This document shows, one piece after another, positions 48,192 through 58,850 of a stretch of 64,000 nucleotides of DNA. This DNA comes from Sedimentisphaeraceae bacterium JB056 (GTDB lineage Bacteria > Planctomycetota > Phycisphaerae > Sedimentisphaerales > Sedimentisphaeraceae). The notes below the pieces were generated by a model. The model was not told where the DNA came from, searched no databases, and saw only the letters and a program-made list of their open reading frames with translations. The number at the start of each line of letters is the position of its first letter. Position 1 is the first letter of the stretch. Location: the NCBI GenBank assembly GCA_044440125.1, contig JBITAJ010000027.1:250377-314376 (forward strand). The letters are read 5' to 3'. The position numbers and the translations under genes are program-made.

Positions 48192-50627
48192 ATGAAAGAG
48201 AAAGCTCAAATAATTGCTGCGTTTTTCTTGTGGGTTATTCTTGCTGTTGTTAATGGTGAGCCAATAACACCTCAATACGCATTTGATAATTGGCAACAAT
48301 CGCCAATTCAATGGCAGCAATCGCTTCGCAGTGAGCTTATTAAAATGCTTGCTTTGCCAAAGTGTAAAGATCGGTCTGTTTTTAATGAGAAGATTGAGAT
48401 TGTTTACGAAGATTTGGTTCATAAGCGGTATTATATTGAATTTGATGCTTTAGAAGGTGAGCGTATTGTCGGATATTTATTAACTCCTAAAAATATGGAA
48501 CCGCCTTATCCGGTAATGATATGTTTACAGGGACACCTCAAACGTGGTATTGAAGGTTCTATAGATCCTGAAGCTGCCGGAGGCAGATCGATAGCTATTG
48601 ACGCAGTGAGAAATGGTTGGGCGGCATTGGCGATAGAGCAGAAAGGTTTCGGCAGGCGGAAAGGTGAAACGGATTGTAACCATGTGGCACTTTCCGCTAT
48701 ACTGAGGGGAGAGAATCTTACCGGTAAAAGAGTTTTTGATGTTATACGAACTATAGATTTTGTGTTCAGCAGAGAGGAGTTGGATAACTACAAAATAGCC
48801 TGTATGGGTAATTCTACGGGCGGGACAGTTTCCTTCTATTCAGCGGCAGTGGATAAGAGGATAAAACTTGCGGTAGTTTCGTGCTCTTTTTGTACGTTTG
48901 AGAAGTCGTGGCTTAAATATCCGCATTGCAGTTGCGGCTATATTCCCGGGTTATTAAAGTATGCCGATATGCCTGATATTGCCGGCTTGATTGCGCCGAG
49001 AAGTCTACTCGTGGTCGCAGGTAATCAAGACAATATTGCTGATATTGACGGAGTAACTGAGGCAGTGGATTATGCCTCAAATATATACGGCAAATTTGAT
49101 GCCGCTGACAAGATAGATCTTATAGAAGGTGATGGAGGACATCAGTTTTATCCTGAGCTTGCCTGGCCTGTTATTAACAGGATAAAAAAGCAGTGGAATG
49201 TTACGGTGGCGAACAAAAAGCTTGATGGATTTCATGGTATCTGGTACAGAAACCAAACTTTGGGTAATGAGTATAAATATAAGTATAGCGGCGGTCTTGG
49301 TACTTATTGTGCTAAGCATAAGCCTATGGCAATTTACAGCGAGCGGGTTGATAAGACCTTCTTTGTATATGGCGGCAGTCAAGGCGATTATCACTTGAAA
49401 GATTCTTTCAATGCCAAAAATCTTGATACTGTAAAAGTTATTGAAGGTATTGGGCATTGTATTGCCGAATATGATCACAAGCTTAAAACAGTTTCCAGGC
49501 CTACGTTGATACTGGATAAGCAGACATTAGATGCTCATGACAACCCTGTTATATCGGTTGATGACGAGGGTTTTTTGTGGGTGTTTTCTACCTCTCATGG
49601 CAATATGAGACCTTCTTATGTTTTTAAGAGTTGCAAGCCGTATGATATTTCTGAATTTAAGCAAATTCATTGTTTTGAACGTGTTGGTAATAAGTTGAAC
49701 ACAATAGACAATTTTTCTTATATGCAGGCTTGGAATATAAAAGAGAAGGGGTTTTTATATTTTTTTACAAAATATAGAGGCTGGGGAAGCAGAAATCTTT
49801 ATTTTTCAAAAAGCAGTGATGGTGTCGTTTGGGATAAGTTTAAGGAAATTGCACAGATGGGACAGGGCAGTTACCAGATAACTGCGGTGCAAGGAGATAA
49901 AGCGGCAGTTGCTTTCAACTATCACCCTGAAAATATGGGTGTAAACGGGCGAAGTAATTTGTATTATGTAGAAACCTGTGATTATGGCGAAAATTGGAGC
50001 GGTGCCGATGGTATTGGGATTGAACTGCCGGTTAGAGATATTCATGGAAAAGCACTTATCTATAATTCGCAGAAGCATGGGCTTCTTGTCTATCTGAAGG
50101 ATATTTGTATTGATAATAATGGCAACCCTGTTATTTTATTTATAACATCTGATACATACAAGAGTGGTGTTTCTAAGCAGCCAAGGTACTGGAACATTGC
50201 GAGATTTGACGGAGGCAAGTGGCTTATTAATAGGATAACGACAGCTTCCAATAATTATGATATGGGCAGTTTGTATGTTGATAATGACACTATTTTAATA
50301 GCCGCTCCTACGATTAAAGGTACTCAGCCATATAATCCCGGTGGAGAGGTTGCTTATTGGATAAGTAATGACAATGGCAATTCTTGGAAGATGGACAAAC
50401 AGCTTACCTGTGGCAGTCGTTATAATCACACATATGTCAGGAAGCCGTTAAATGCTGCCTATGATTTTTATGCGTTTTGGGCTGATGGTGATTGTCTTAA
50501 CCCATCAGAGAGTTCAATTTATTTCTCTAATCGTGATGGTGATGTGTTTAAGTTACCCCAATATATGAATAGCCAGAACGTAAAACCTTTATTACTGAGT
50601 GAACAAGATGGATACAAGCAAGACTAA
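48192..50627 (+). CDS. Fusion of alpha/beta-hydrolase (esterase-like) and BNR-4 beta-propeller
   Basis: N-part: GYLL.P, CLQGH, MGNSTGG, IAPR.L, GGH. C-part: YKYSGGLGTY, DAHDNP, HG, and Asp-box-like motifs S.DG..W / S.DNG.SW. Confidence 0.8.
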   Translation: MKEKAQIIAAFFLWVILAVVNGEPITPQYAFDNWQQSPIQWQQSLRSELIKMLALPKCKDRSVFNEKIEIVYEDLVHKRYYIEFDALEGERIVGYLLTPKNMEPPYPVMICLQGHLKRGIEGSIDPEAAGGRSIAIDAVRNGWAALAIEQKGFGRRKGETDCNHVALSAILRGENLTGKRVFDVIRTIDFVFSREELDNYKIACMGNSTGGTVSFYSAAVDKRIKLAVVSCSFCTFEKSWLKYPHCSCGYIPGLLKYADMPDIAGLIAPRSLLVVAGNQDNIADIDGVTEAVDYASNIYGKFDAADKIDLIEGDGGHQFYPELAWPVINRIKKQWNVTVANKKLDGFHGIWYRNQTLGNEYKYKYSGGLGTYCAKHKPMAIYSERVDKTFFVYGGSQGDYHLKDSFNAKNLDTVKVIEGIGHCIAEYDHKLKTVSRPTLILDKQTLDAHDNPVISVDDEGFLWVFSTSHGNMRPSYVFKSCKPYDISEFKQIHCFERVGNKLNTIDNFSYMQAWNIKEKGFLYFFTKYRGWGSRNLYFSKSSDGVVWDKFKEIAQMGQGSYQITAVQGDKAAVAFNYHPENMGVNGRSNLYYVETCDYGENWSGADGIGIELPVRDIHGKALIYNSQKHGLLVYLKDICIDNNGNPVILFITSDTYKSGVSKQPRYWNIARFDGGKWLINRITTASNNYDMGSLYVDNDTILIAAPTIKGTQPYNPGGEVAYWISNDNGNSWKMDKQLTCGSRYNHTYVRKPLNAAYDFYAFWADGDCLNPSESSIYFSNRDGDVFKLPQYMNSQNVKPLLLSEQDGYKQD

Positions 50628-51684
50628 TATAAGCGGTCAGCCTTTATTGATACAGCGTGAACCTGTTGGGTGCCAAGATGGTTTCCGGATGGAAGATTAC
50701 TGGGTCTGGTGCGGCTCTGCTGTTAGGGATGAGAAAGGACTTTATCATCTTTTTGCTTCTCGTTGGCAAAAGAGTCTGCCATTTAAACCTCATTGGCTTA
50801 CTAATAGTGAGATTGTAAGAGCCCAGAGCGATAAACCTTGCGGGCCGTATAAGTTTGAAGAAGTCGTTCTTGGTCAAAGAGGTCAGCAGTTTTGGGATGG
50901 TCGGATGACGCATAATCCTACTATGCATAAATATGGCAGCAAATACCTGCTTTTTTATACGGGTACTACTTATAAGGGTAAATCTCCAGTATCTCCTGAA
51001 TTTGTTTTAGCTGATAATAATTCAGAGCTTGCTGTTGAGGCAAGAAGAAATCAGAGGATAGGTCTTGCTATTGCCGATAGCCCACTTGGGCCGTGGGAGA
51101 GATTTGATAAGCCGGTTTTTGATGTTTCTGACAGCGGCTGGGACAGTTGGATGGTAACTAATCCTGCGGTTTGCATTAATGATGACGGCAGTATCCTTCT
51201 AATATATAAGGCCGTTTCAAATCATAGAGATAAATTGAAGCTTGGTGTTGCTAAGGCAAAAGGATTGGGGGCAGATTTTGTGAGGCTTAAACAGAGTTCT
51301 CTTTTCGATTTTGAAAGAATAGGACAGCATGTTGAAGACCCTTATGTTTGGTGGGAAGATAATCGCTATAATATGGTGATGAAGGATATGAACGGCGGAA
51401 TATGCGGTGAAAAGGGTGGCGGAATTTACGCTTACAGTGAAGATGGAATTGATTGGCAGATAGCTGATAACCCATTGGCATATACCAGAGAAGTAGCCTT
51501 TGAAGGTGGAGCGTTGAAAAAGCTTGGTTCACTGGAAAGACCGCAACTGTTTTTTGAATCTGATGGGAATGTGATTATGTTTGCCGCTACTGCTGATATT
51601 TCACTTTCGCAAGGACAACCAAAATATTCTAAGAATATTGCAATAAAATTAGAAAGAAACAATAATGAGAATATTGTACATTGA
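50599..51684 (+). CDS. Five-bladed beta-propeller glycoside hydrolase (GH43/GH117-like)
   Basis: YWVWCGS; YHLFASRW; WDG...HNP; IGLA.ADSP.GPW; NP; EDPY.W; LERPQL. Confidence 0.75.
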   Translation: MNKMDTSKTNISGQPLLIQREPVGCQDGFRMEDYWVWCGSAVRDEKGLYHLFASRWQKSLPFKPHWLTNSEIVRAQSDKPCGPYKFEEVVLGQRGQQFWDGRMTHNPTMHKYGSKYLLFYTGTTYKGKSPVSPEFVLADNNSELAVEARRNQRIGLAIADSPLGPWERFDKPVFDVSDSGWDSWMVTNPAVCINDDGSILLIYKAVSNHRDKLKLGVAKAKGLGADFVRLKQSSLFDFERIGQHVEDPYVWWEDNRYNMVMKDMNGGICGEKGGGIYAYSEDGIDWQIADNPLAYTREVAFEGGALKKLGSLERPQLFFESDGNVIMFAATADISLSQGQPKYSKNIAIKLERNNNENIVH

Positions 51685-53164
51685 CATTGATACTTTACGT
51701 CCAGACCATCTTGGCTGTTACGGATACCATCGCAATACGTCTCCAAATATTGATAAAATAGCCTCAGAAGGAGTGAGATTTGAGAATTACTATTGCAGCG
51801 ATGCTCCATGCCTGCCTTCACGAACGGCTTTGATGACAGGTAAGTTTGGCATAAATACAGGAGTCGTTAATCATGGAGGTTTGTGTGCCGATATACGACC
51901 TGAAGGTATAAATCGCGGTATAGCGGCAAATCTTAGCTATAAGTCATTACCGGGCTATTTGAGACGTTCTGTCGGTTTACATACGGTGAGCATTAGTCCT
52001 TTTCCTGATAGGCACGGCAGTTGGGTTTTTAATGCCGGTTTTGCTGAAACTCATGACCATGCGGGTAAAAGGGGGCATGAAAGTGCAGAGGATATTACAC
52101 CTGTCGCTTTGGAATGGATAGATAAAAACGCTTCTAAGGATGACTGGTTTTTGCATATAAATTATTGGGATCCCCATACGCATTTCAGAGCACCTGAAGA
52201 ATTCGGAAACCCCTTTGAGAATGATCCGTTGCCTGATTGGATTACAGATGAATTAATACAACAACACCAGCAGTCGGTAGGTCCTCATTCGGCTCGTGAG
52301 ATTCTGATGTACAGTAATCAGGAGAGAGAGGAGTTTCCCAGACAGCCCGGAGAGGTTACAGACCGCAAAAGTATGCGACGACTAATTGATGGTTACGATT
52401 GTGGCATTCGTTATTGTGATCAGCATTTGGGGCAACTGTTTGAAGCATTGGAGACTCAGGGTGTACTTGATGATGTTGTGATTATAATTTCTGCTGATCA
52501 TGGAGAAAATTACGGCGAGCTTGGAATATATGCCGAGCATGCTACAGCCGATTATGCTACCTGCCATATTCCTTTAATTATAAAATGGCCTGGTAAGTCA
52601 AAAGCCGGTCATGTTGATAGAGGGCTTCATTATAATATTGATCTGCTACCGACGTTGGAAAAGCTTACCGGTATTGAGCATAACAGTGAGCTTTATGGGC
52701 AGACGGATTGGCAGGGATTGAGCTTTGACGAGGCGGTTACAGGGACATCTGACTGTTCCCGCGATTATCTTGTTTTGAGTCAGTGTGCCCATGTTTGCCA
52801 GAGGTCGGTGCGATGGGATAATTGGCTTTATATCAGAACCTACCATGATGGTTTCCATCTTTTTGATAATGAGATGCTTTTTGATATTGAGAAAGATCCT
52901 TACGAGCAGGTTAATTTGGCGAAAGAAAGACCTGATTTGTGTCAGCAGGCATGTGGTAAATATATGCAATGGCATGATCAGAGGATGATCGAGAGCGACA
53001 GTGCGGTTGATCCTTTATGGCAGGTAATGCGTCAAGGTGGCCCTTATCATGCTAAAGGGCATCTTAAACAGTATTGCCGAAGACTTGAAGAAACCCAAAG
53101 AGGCTGGGCTGTGAAAGAATTACAAAAAAGACATCCAGGAGAATTTGTCAAGGAGATTGATTGA
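51665..53164 (+). CDS. Cys-type S1 sulfatase, close paralogue of 22601-24085
   Basis: MRILY.DIDTLRPDHLGCYGYHRNTSPNID; CLPSR; SQCAHVCQRSVRWD. Confidence 0.92.
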   Translation: MRILYIDIDTLRPDHLGCYGYHRNTSPNIDKIASEGVRFENYYCSDAPCLPSRTALMTGKFGINTGVVNHGGLCADIRPEGINRGIAANLSYKSLPGYLRRSVGLHTVSISPFPDRHGSWVFNAGFAETHDHAGKRGHESAEDITPVALEWIDKNASKDDWFLHINYWDPHTHFRAPEEFGNPFENDPLPDWITDELIQQHQQSVGPHSAREILMYSNQEREEFPRQPGEVTDRKSMRRLIDGYDCGIRYCDQHLGQLFEALETQGVLDDVVIIISADHGENYGELGIYAEHATADYATCHIPLIIKWPGKSKAGHVDRGLHYNIDLLPTLEKLTGIEHNSELYGQTDWQGLSFDEAVTGTSDCSRDYLVLSQCAHVCQRSVRWDNWLYIRTYHDGFHLFDNEMLFDIEKDPYEQVNLAKERPDLCQQACGKYMQWHDQRMIESDSAVDPLWQVMRQGGPYHAKGHLKQYCRRLEETQRGWAVKELQKRHPGEFVKEID

Positions 53165-54642
53165 TGAAAGCAATTGTTGTAATGTTTGATTCTTTGCGGA
53201 AGTGCGATCTCCCCTGTTATGGAAATAAATGGGTTAAGGCTCCCAATTTTGAGAGATTGGCAGAAAAAACAGTTACATTTACAAATGCGTGGGTTGGTTC
53301 AATGCCTTGTATGCCTACAAGACGCGAACTTCATACCGGCAGATATAATTTTCTGCATCGAAGCTGGGGACCGCTTGAGCCGTTTGATGATTCAATGCCG
53401 GAGATACTCAAAGAGAATGATATATATACACATTTAGTAAGCGATCATTATCATTACTGGGAGGATGGCGGCTGTACATATCATAATAGGTATAGCTCCT
53501 GGCAGGCATCCAGAGGGCAGGAGGGTGATCCGTGGCGAGCGGACTTGACTGATAATGTAGCTATGCCTGAAACGCTTAATGTACGTCCTGCCAAAAGACT
53601 CAGGCACGACTGGGTAAACAGACACTATATGCCCGAACTTGAACATTATCCGCAGGCAAAGACTTTTAAGATGGGTTGTGAGTTTATAAAGACGAATCAT
53701 GCAAAAGATAACTGGATGCTGCATATAGAAACTTTTGATCCTCATGAGCCGTTTTTCTCTGATCCAAAATTTAAGGCTTTGTACAAAGATGATTACAGAG
53801 GCAAGCTCTTTGATTGGCCTTGCGGTGGTAAAAAAGATCAAGGACAGGAAATAACGGATCATCTCAGAAAAGAATATGCCGCTCTGGTGAGCATGTGTGA
53901 TGAACATCTTGGGAAAGTACTTGATTTGATGGATGAGTATTCGATGTGGGATGATACCATGTTGATAGTTAATACAGATCATGGGTTGATGCTTGGTGAG
54001 AAGGATTGTTGGCTCAAATGTTCTGTGCCGTGGTATAATGAAGTTGCCAATATTCCTTTGTTTTTGTGGGACCCCCGAACCAAGATTGCCGGTGAGAAAA
54101 ACGATTGTCTTGTCCAGAATATAGATGTGCCGCCAACGCTTCTCAATTTTTTTGGTTTGGAGGCTACAAAAGATATGCAGGGGATACCGCTGGATAAAAC
54201 TGTTGGAAGTTTGGAGCCTTTAAGAGAGGCTGTTTTGTTTGGTAATTCCGTTGGGCATGTTAATTGTACTGATGGAAGATATGTATATATGAGAGCACCA
54301 AAATCTAAGGATAATGCTCCGCTCAATAATTACACCTTGATGCCTACGCATATGAATTGCAGGTTTCGTATTAACGAGCTGGAAAAGGTAGAACTTGCCG
54401 AGCCCTTTTCTTTCAGTAAAGGTGTAAAGACTATGAAAATACCATTTGAAGGTTTGGGCAATGCTTATGATATGGGAACGATGTTGTTTGATTTGCAAAG
54501 CGACCCCAATCAACTTACTCCTGTTAAGGATGTGGAGATTGAAAAAAGAATGATTGCTATGATGGTTGATTTGATGGAGAAAAATGATTCACCCGAAGAA
54601 CAATGGCAGCGACTGGGACTGCCTCAGCCCATGTTTGGTTAG
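53164..54642 (+). CDS. Cys-type S1 sulfatase
   Basis: DSLR; PNF.RLA; CMPTR; FDPHEPF; TDHG. TGATG translational coupling to the upstream gene. Confidence 0.9.
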   Translation: MKAIVVMFDSLRKCDLPCYGNKWVKAPNFERLAEKTVTFTNAWVGSMPCMPTRRELHTGRYNFLHRSWGPLEPFDDSMPEILKENDIYTHLVSDHYHYWEDGGCTYHNRYSSWQASRGQEGDPWRADLTDNVAMPETLNVRPAKRLRHDWVNRHYMPELEHYPQAKTFKMGCEFIKTNHAKDNWMLHIETFDPHEPFFSDPKFKALYKDDYRGKLFDWPCGGKKDQGQEITDHLRKEYAALVSMCDEHLGKVLDLMDEYSMWDDTMLIVNTDHGLMLGEKDCWLKCSVPWYNEVANIPLFLWDPRTKIAGEKNDCLVQNIDVPPTLLNFFGLEATKDMQGIPLDKTVGSLEPLREAVLFGNSVGHVNCTDGRYVYMRAPKSKDNAPLNNYTLMPTHMNCRFRINELEKVELAEPFSFSKGVKTMKIPFEGLGNAYDMGTMLFDLQSDPNQLTPVKDVEIEKRMIAMMVDLMEKNDSPEEQWQRLGLPQPMFG

Positions 54643-54816
54643 TAAATAATCAATTGGGGATTGAGTTGTTTTTTTGTGGTTGGTTTTCAGCTAAATCCTC
54701 ATTAAATCAAATTTATATTTTAGCGATGTTGTCGCTGAAAGGAGGTGTATTGTGTAGTTATTTTCAGATATAAAGTGTTGTAAATGAATTAATTTAGTAT
54801 TTTAAGGATAAAGGTT

Positions 54817-56442
54817 ATGGATTATAATTTGAAAAAAATGATAGTATTATTGATTGTTTGTGTTAGTTTTGTTTCGTGTTCGTTCGCAGAGCTTGATATT
54901 GTTTGGTATGATAATTGTAGCTTTTCATCTGAACCAATGTATGGTTATGCGGGGACATTCCTTGTTTATAACAATCGTTATACTTCCGAAATGGGAACAT
55001 GGTCTTCAATGGAGACTTACCTTGATAATGCTGAGGATATGAATAAGGAGGTCATAATAGGTGTTAATCAGGGAACAATCTCTTTGCCTTCTACTGTTGA
55101 TCCTGATAATCCAACAGGTACAGATGTTAATAATCTGATTAGTTATATAAATAAGTTTAAGAATCATAATGCACTTGCCGGTTGGTATATAGCTGATGAG
55201 CCTGATATGCAGAATATACCGGTAAATTGTTGTGAGGCATCTTATAATTTAGTGAAAGCAAGAAGTTCATTGCCATGCTATATTGCTTTTTCAGGCCCAG
55301 TTGAGATACCAACAACTGCACCTTCTGATTATGCTGATGCTTATGATGTATTGATGGGGCATTCTTATCCTTATGGTGATAATGTAGCTGAGAATGCGGG
55401 GAATGGTAATCTTAAGACTAATTTTGATGATATTAAAGACGCTGCTTCTGATGTTAGTAAAGATTTCAGGCTTACTATCTTAGCCCATGGAGAATTAAAT
55501 AATGATACCTGGCATAAGAGGCTGCCTACAAAAAGAGAATTTGAGTTTGCAATTTGGTATGGTCTTGCTGTTGGGGATACTCCTGTAGGTTTTTCGTTTT
55601 ATGCAAAACATTGGATGGAAAGAAGTGTGGCTAATAGCTCTGATCCTTACCCTGATGATGGTTATGACTGGTACGATGATGTATTTAATCCTGTAATTGA
55701 GGAAGTTGATACATTGAGATATGCTCTTGATTATAAATACAGTACTCTTTTATCTAACAGTTCTGTGTTGAAGGGAAGCGTTTTTCAATGTCCTTATACC
55801 GATAAGTACTATGTTGTGGTAGTTAATACGGCTAATTTCAGTGTTACGAATTGGGTTCAGTTTAAGCAGGATAGCGGCAGTAATATACCAGGTACTTGGA
55901 CAAAAGTGAAATGTCTTACTGATAATGAAGAATTTACTGTAAGTTGGAATAATGCTTTCAGCCCGACATTGGCTAATTATGAAGCTAAAGTCTATGAAAT
56001 TATAGGTGATGATAACCCTGAAAAAACGGGGTATTATGAGGTTAAGAATAGGAATTCGCTGAAATTATTACGCCCTCTTTCCGGTTCTACCACAGTTGGA
56101 GCTGATATATCACAGTATCATGACAGTAACTACAATAGCCAGGATTGGGAGTTTATTGTTGCAGGTGAAGGTGCTTACAAAATCAAAAATCGAAATTCAG
56201 GCTATTATGTAAGAGTTGATAATGATTCTTTGGTTGATGCAACAAAGTTGATACAAACTGATACTACGAATGATTTTGCTTTATGGCGTGTTGTTGATTT
56301 GCCTGGAGGATATATAAAAATAGTCAACAAAGGTTCGCATATGGTTATGAGACCGGCTATGGGAAGTACGAGTGATAATGCTCAGGTTAAACAGTATTAT
56401 TGGAGAGATTACACTTCTCAGCAGTGGACTTTGCAACGGTAA
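54817..56442 (+). CDS. Secreted GH-like TIM barrel with ricin-type beta-trefoil (CBM13-like) domain
   Basis: Signal peptide; AGWYIADEPD; C-terminal Y.IKNRNSG repeats with QDW and QQW. Confidence 0.75.
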   Translation: MDYNLKKMIVLLIVCVSFVSCSFAELDIVWYDNCSFSSEPMYGYAGTFLVYNNRYTSEMGTWSSMETYLDNAEDMNKEVIIGVNQGTISLPSTVDPDNPTGTDVNNLISYINKFKNHNALAGWYIADEPDMQNIPVNCCEASYNLVKARSSLPCYIAFSGPVEIPTTAPSDYADAYDVLMGHSYPYGDNVAENAGNGNLKTNFDDIKDAASDVSKDFRLTILAHGELNNDTWHKRLPTKREFEFAIWYGLAVGDTPVGFSFYAKHWMERSVANSSDPYPDDGYDWYDDVFNPVIEEVDTLRYALDYKYSTLLSNSSVLKGSVFQCPYTDKYYVVVVNTANFSVTNWVQFKQDSGSNIPGTWTKVKCLTDNEEFTVSWNNAFSPTLANYEAKVYEIIGDDNPEKTGYYEVKNRNSLKLLRPLSGSTTVGADISQYHDSNYNSQDWEFIVAGEGAYKIKNRNSGYYVRVDNDSLVDATKLIQTDTTNDFALWRVVDLPGGYIKIVNKGSHMVMRPAMGSTSDNAQVKQYYWRDYTSQQWTLQR

Positions 56443-56492
56443 TTACTGGCAAATAGTGTGACTGATTAAATTGGATTTTTATTAGTATTTTG

Positions 56493-56530
56493 CAAATAGT
56501 GTCGGCTTATCGGTTGGCACTATTTGTTTT
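56493..56530 (+). terminator. Probable intrinsic terminator
   Basis: CAAATAGTGTCGGC / GTTGGCACTATTTG followed by a T-rich tract. Confidence 0.55.
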
Positions 56531-56568
56531 CTTATTTACAATGTTTGTTAAACTGGGATATATCGAAT

Positions 56569-58590
56569 ATGATTTTGAATTATCGGCAGGTTCACTTGGA
56601 TTTTCATACTTCCGAAGCTATAGAAGAAGTAGGAAACGATTTCAATAAAGAAAAATTTCAAGAATCTCTTAAAGTTGGACATGTTAATTCTGTTACATGT
56701 TTCGCGAAATGCCATCATGGCTGGAGTTATTATGATTCTGAAAAGTTTCCAAGGCATCCGGGGCTTTCTTTTGACTTGCTAAGGGCGCAATTTGATGCCT
56801 GTAAGGATATAGGGGTTAGTGTACCTGTGTATATATCTGCAGGTTTTGATGAGTACGCAGCTCGAACTAACAGAGGCTGGCAGGAAAACTTTATTGACCG
56901 GGAGCTGAATATAGCAAATTCTCCACTCAATGCATGTTATAGACATCTTTGTTTTAACTCTCCCTATATCGATTATTTATGTGAACAGATTGAAGAAGTT
57001 GTGAAATTATTTCCTCAATGCAACGGTATATTTCTCGATATAATCAGCCAGCGTCATTGCTGTTGCGAGTATTGCTTGGAATGGCTTGGGAAACACGGTT
57101 TGGATGCCAATGATCCTGATGCAAACGAATTGTGTCGTAAAAATGCGATTAACAGATACTATGAGAGAACCACCGAATCTGCAAGAAAATACGACCACGA
57201 AATGCCAGTATTCCATAATAGCGGGCGGATACACAGAGGTAAAAAGGATTTGCTCAAATATATTTCTCACCTTGAGATTGAGTCTTTGCCTACCGGAGGC
57301 TGGGGATATGATAATTTCCCTATAACCGCAAAATATTGTGAGAATCTGCCGCTTGATACAGTAGGTATGACAGGTAAATTCCATACTACATGGGGGGAAT
57401 TCGGAGGCTATAAGCATCCTAATGCATTGAGATATGAATGTGCCGCAATGTTAGCCTACAATACAAAGTGCAGTGTAGGTGATCAGTTGCATCCTTCCGG
57501 TCAGATGAGCAAAACTACTTACAACATAATTGGACAGGCATATGATTATGTTGAGCGATGTGAAGAGTTTTGTAAAGAGGCTGAAAATGTTGCAGAGATC
57601 GGTTTATTATCCGCTCAATCACTTGGTTCAGGTAAATTAAAGGAGGGGGATAATGAAGATATAGGTGCATCAAGAATACTTCTGGAGGGACATTTTCTGT
57701 TCGATGTTCTTGATCCTGATATGGATTTTTCCAAATACAAAGTGCTTATACTCCCTGATACGGTAAGTGTTTCGACTGAGTTTAAAAGTAAGTTGGATAT
57801 CTACCTGAAAGATGGAGGCAGGCTTATGCTCACAGGGAAAAGCGGACTTGATGCTGAGAAAGGAGGGTTTCTTTTCGATATTGGGGCCGATTATCAGGGC
57901 GAAAGTAATTATTGTCCGGATTATATATTGCCGAATGAAGAGCTGCGTCCCGATTATATCGAAGATCCTATGGTGATGTATTTAAGATCTCACAGAATAA
58001 AGGTTACCAACGGCGTATCTCTGGGCAAAGTATATGATCCATATTTTAACAGATCGTACAAACACTTCTGCAGTCATCAGCATACGCCATATAAGCTTGA
58101 GGATTCAGGATTTGATTGCGGGGTATTTAATAATAATATTATGTATCTTGCACATCCGGTTTTTAGCTTATACAGGGGCTTTGGAGCGGTTGTCTACCGT
58201 GAATATATAACGAGGGCTATTGAATTACTGCTTGGTAAAAGATTGATAAAAAGCAACTTGCCTTCGACCGCAAGAATAAATCTGAATTATCAAAATGGGC
58301 TTAACCGATACGTATTGCATATCCTTTATGCTAATACTATAAATAGAGGTGGGCCTATAAAACTTGATGGTGGAACAAAGAGAAGCGAAAGTGGCAGTAT
58401 AGAGATAATTGAAGATTTAGTTGAGCTTCATGATATATCCGTAAGTCTGGGTATTGAGTCTGAGTTATTATCGGTAACTCTTCAGCCGCAAAATATTCAG
58501 CTCGATTATGTATCCCAGAATGGTGCCGTTAATTTTAAGATAGATAAGCTTAAATGCCACCAGATGGTTGTTATTCAACTTGAAAAATGA
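56569..58590 (+). CDS. GHL6/alpha-L-fucosidase-like glycoside hydrolase with beta-galactosidase trimerisation-like domain
   Basis: RQVHLDFHTS; FAKCHHGWSYY; LCFNSPY; GIFLD; ESLPTGGWGY; GMTGKFHTTWGEFGG. Confidence 0.75.
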   Translation: MILNYRQVHLDFHTSEAIEEVGNDFNKEKFQESLKVGHVNSVTCFAKCHHGWSYYDSEKFPRHPGLSFDLLRAQFDACKDIGVSVPVYISAGFDEYAARTNRGWQENFIDRELNIANSPLNACYRHLCFNSPYIDYLCEQIEEVVKLFPQCNGIFLDIISQRHCCCEYCLEWLGKHGLDANDPDANELCRKNAINRYYERTTESARKYDHEMPVFHNSGRIHRGKKDLLKYISHLEIESLPTGGWGYDNFPITAKYCENLPLDTVGMTGKFHTTWGEFGGYKHPNALRYECAAMLAYNTKCSVGDQLHPSGQMSKTTYNIIGQAYDYVERCEEFCKEAENVAEIGLLSAQSLGSGKLKEGDNEDIGASRILLEGHFLFDVLDPDMDFSKYKVLILPDTVSVSTEFKSKLDIYLKDGGRLMLTGKSGLDAEKGGFLFDIGADYQGESNYCPDYILPNEELRPDYIEDPMVMYLRSHRIKVTNGVSLGKVYDPYFNRSYKHFCSHQHTPYKLEDSGFDCGVFNNNIMYLAHPVFSLYRGFGAVVYREYITRAIELLLGKRLIKSNLPSTARINLNYQNGLNRYVLHILYANTINRGGPIKLDGGTKRSESGSIEIIEDLVELHDISVSLGIESELLSVTLQPQNIQLDYVSQNGAVNFKIDKLKCHQMVVIQLEK

Positions 58591-58850
58591 ACGTGAAGCC
58601 TTCTCAATTTAGTTGCACTTGAACAAGAAGGTTATTGCTATAAGTTTTTTTGGTAATAGCTTATCGCTTGCTTGATTTTTTTTATAGTGTAATAGTGGCG
58701 CTGACTGTTTCCCTTGTTTATGTCCATTTTGAATGTTAGAATTGTCCCTGAAGGGGAATTATAGATGACGTTATACATGAACCCAATACTGGATATATTT
58801 ATATCACCTTGATGCAATGACACTTAATTGATATTGAAAAGCTTATTCTT

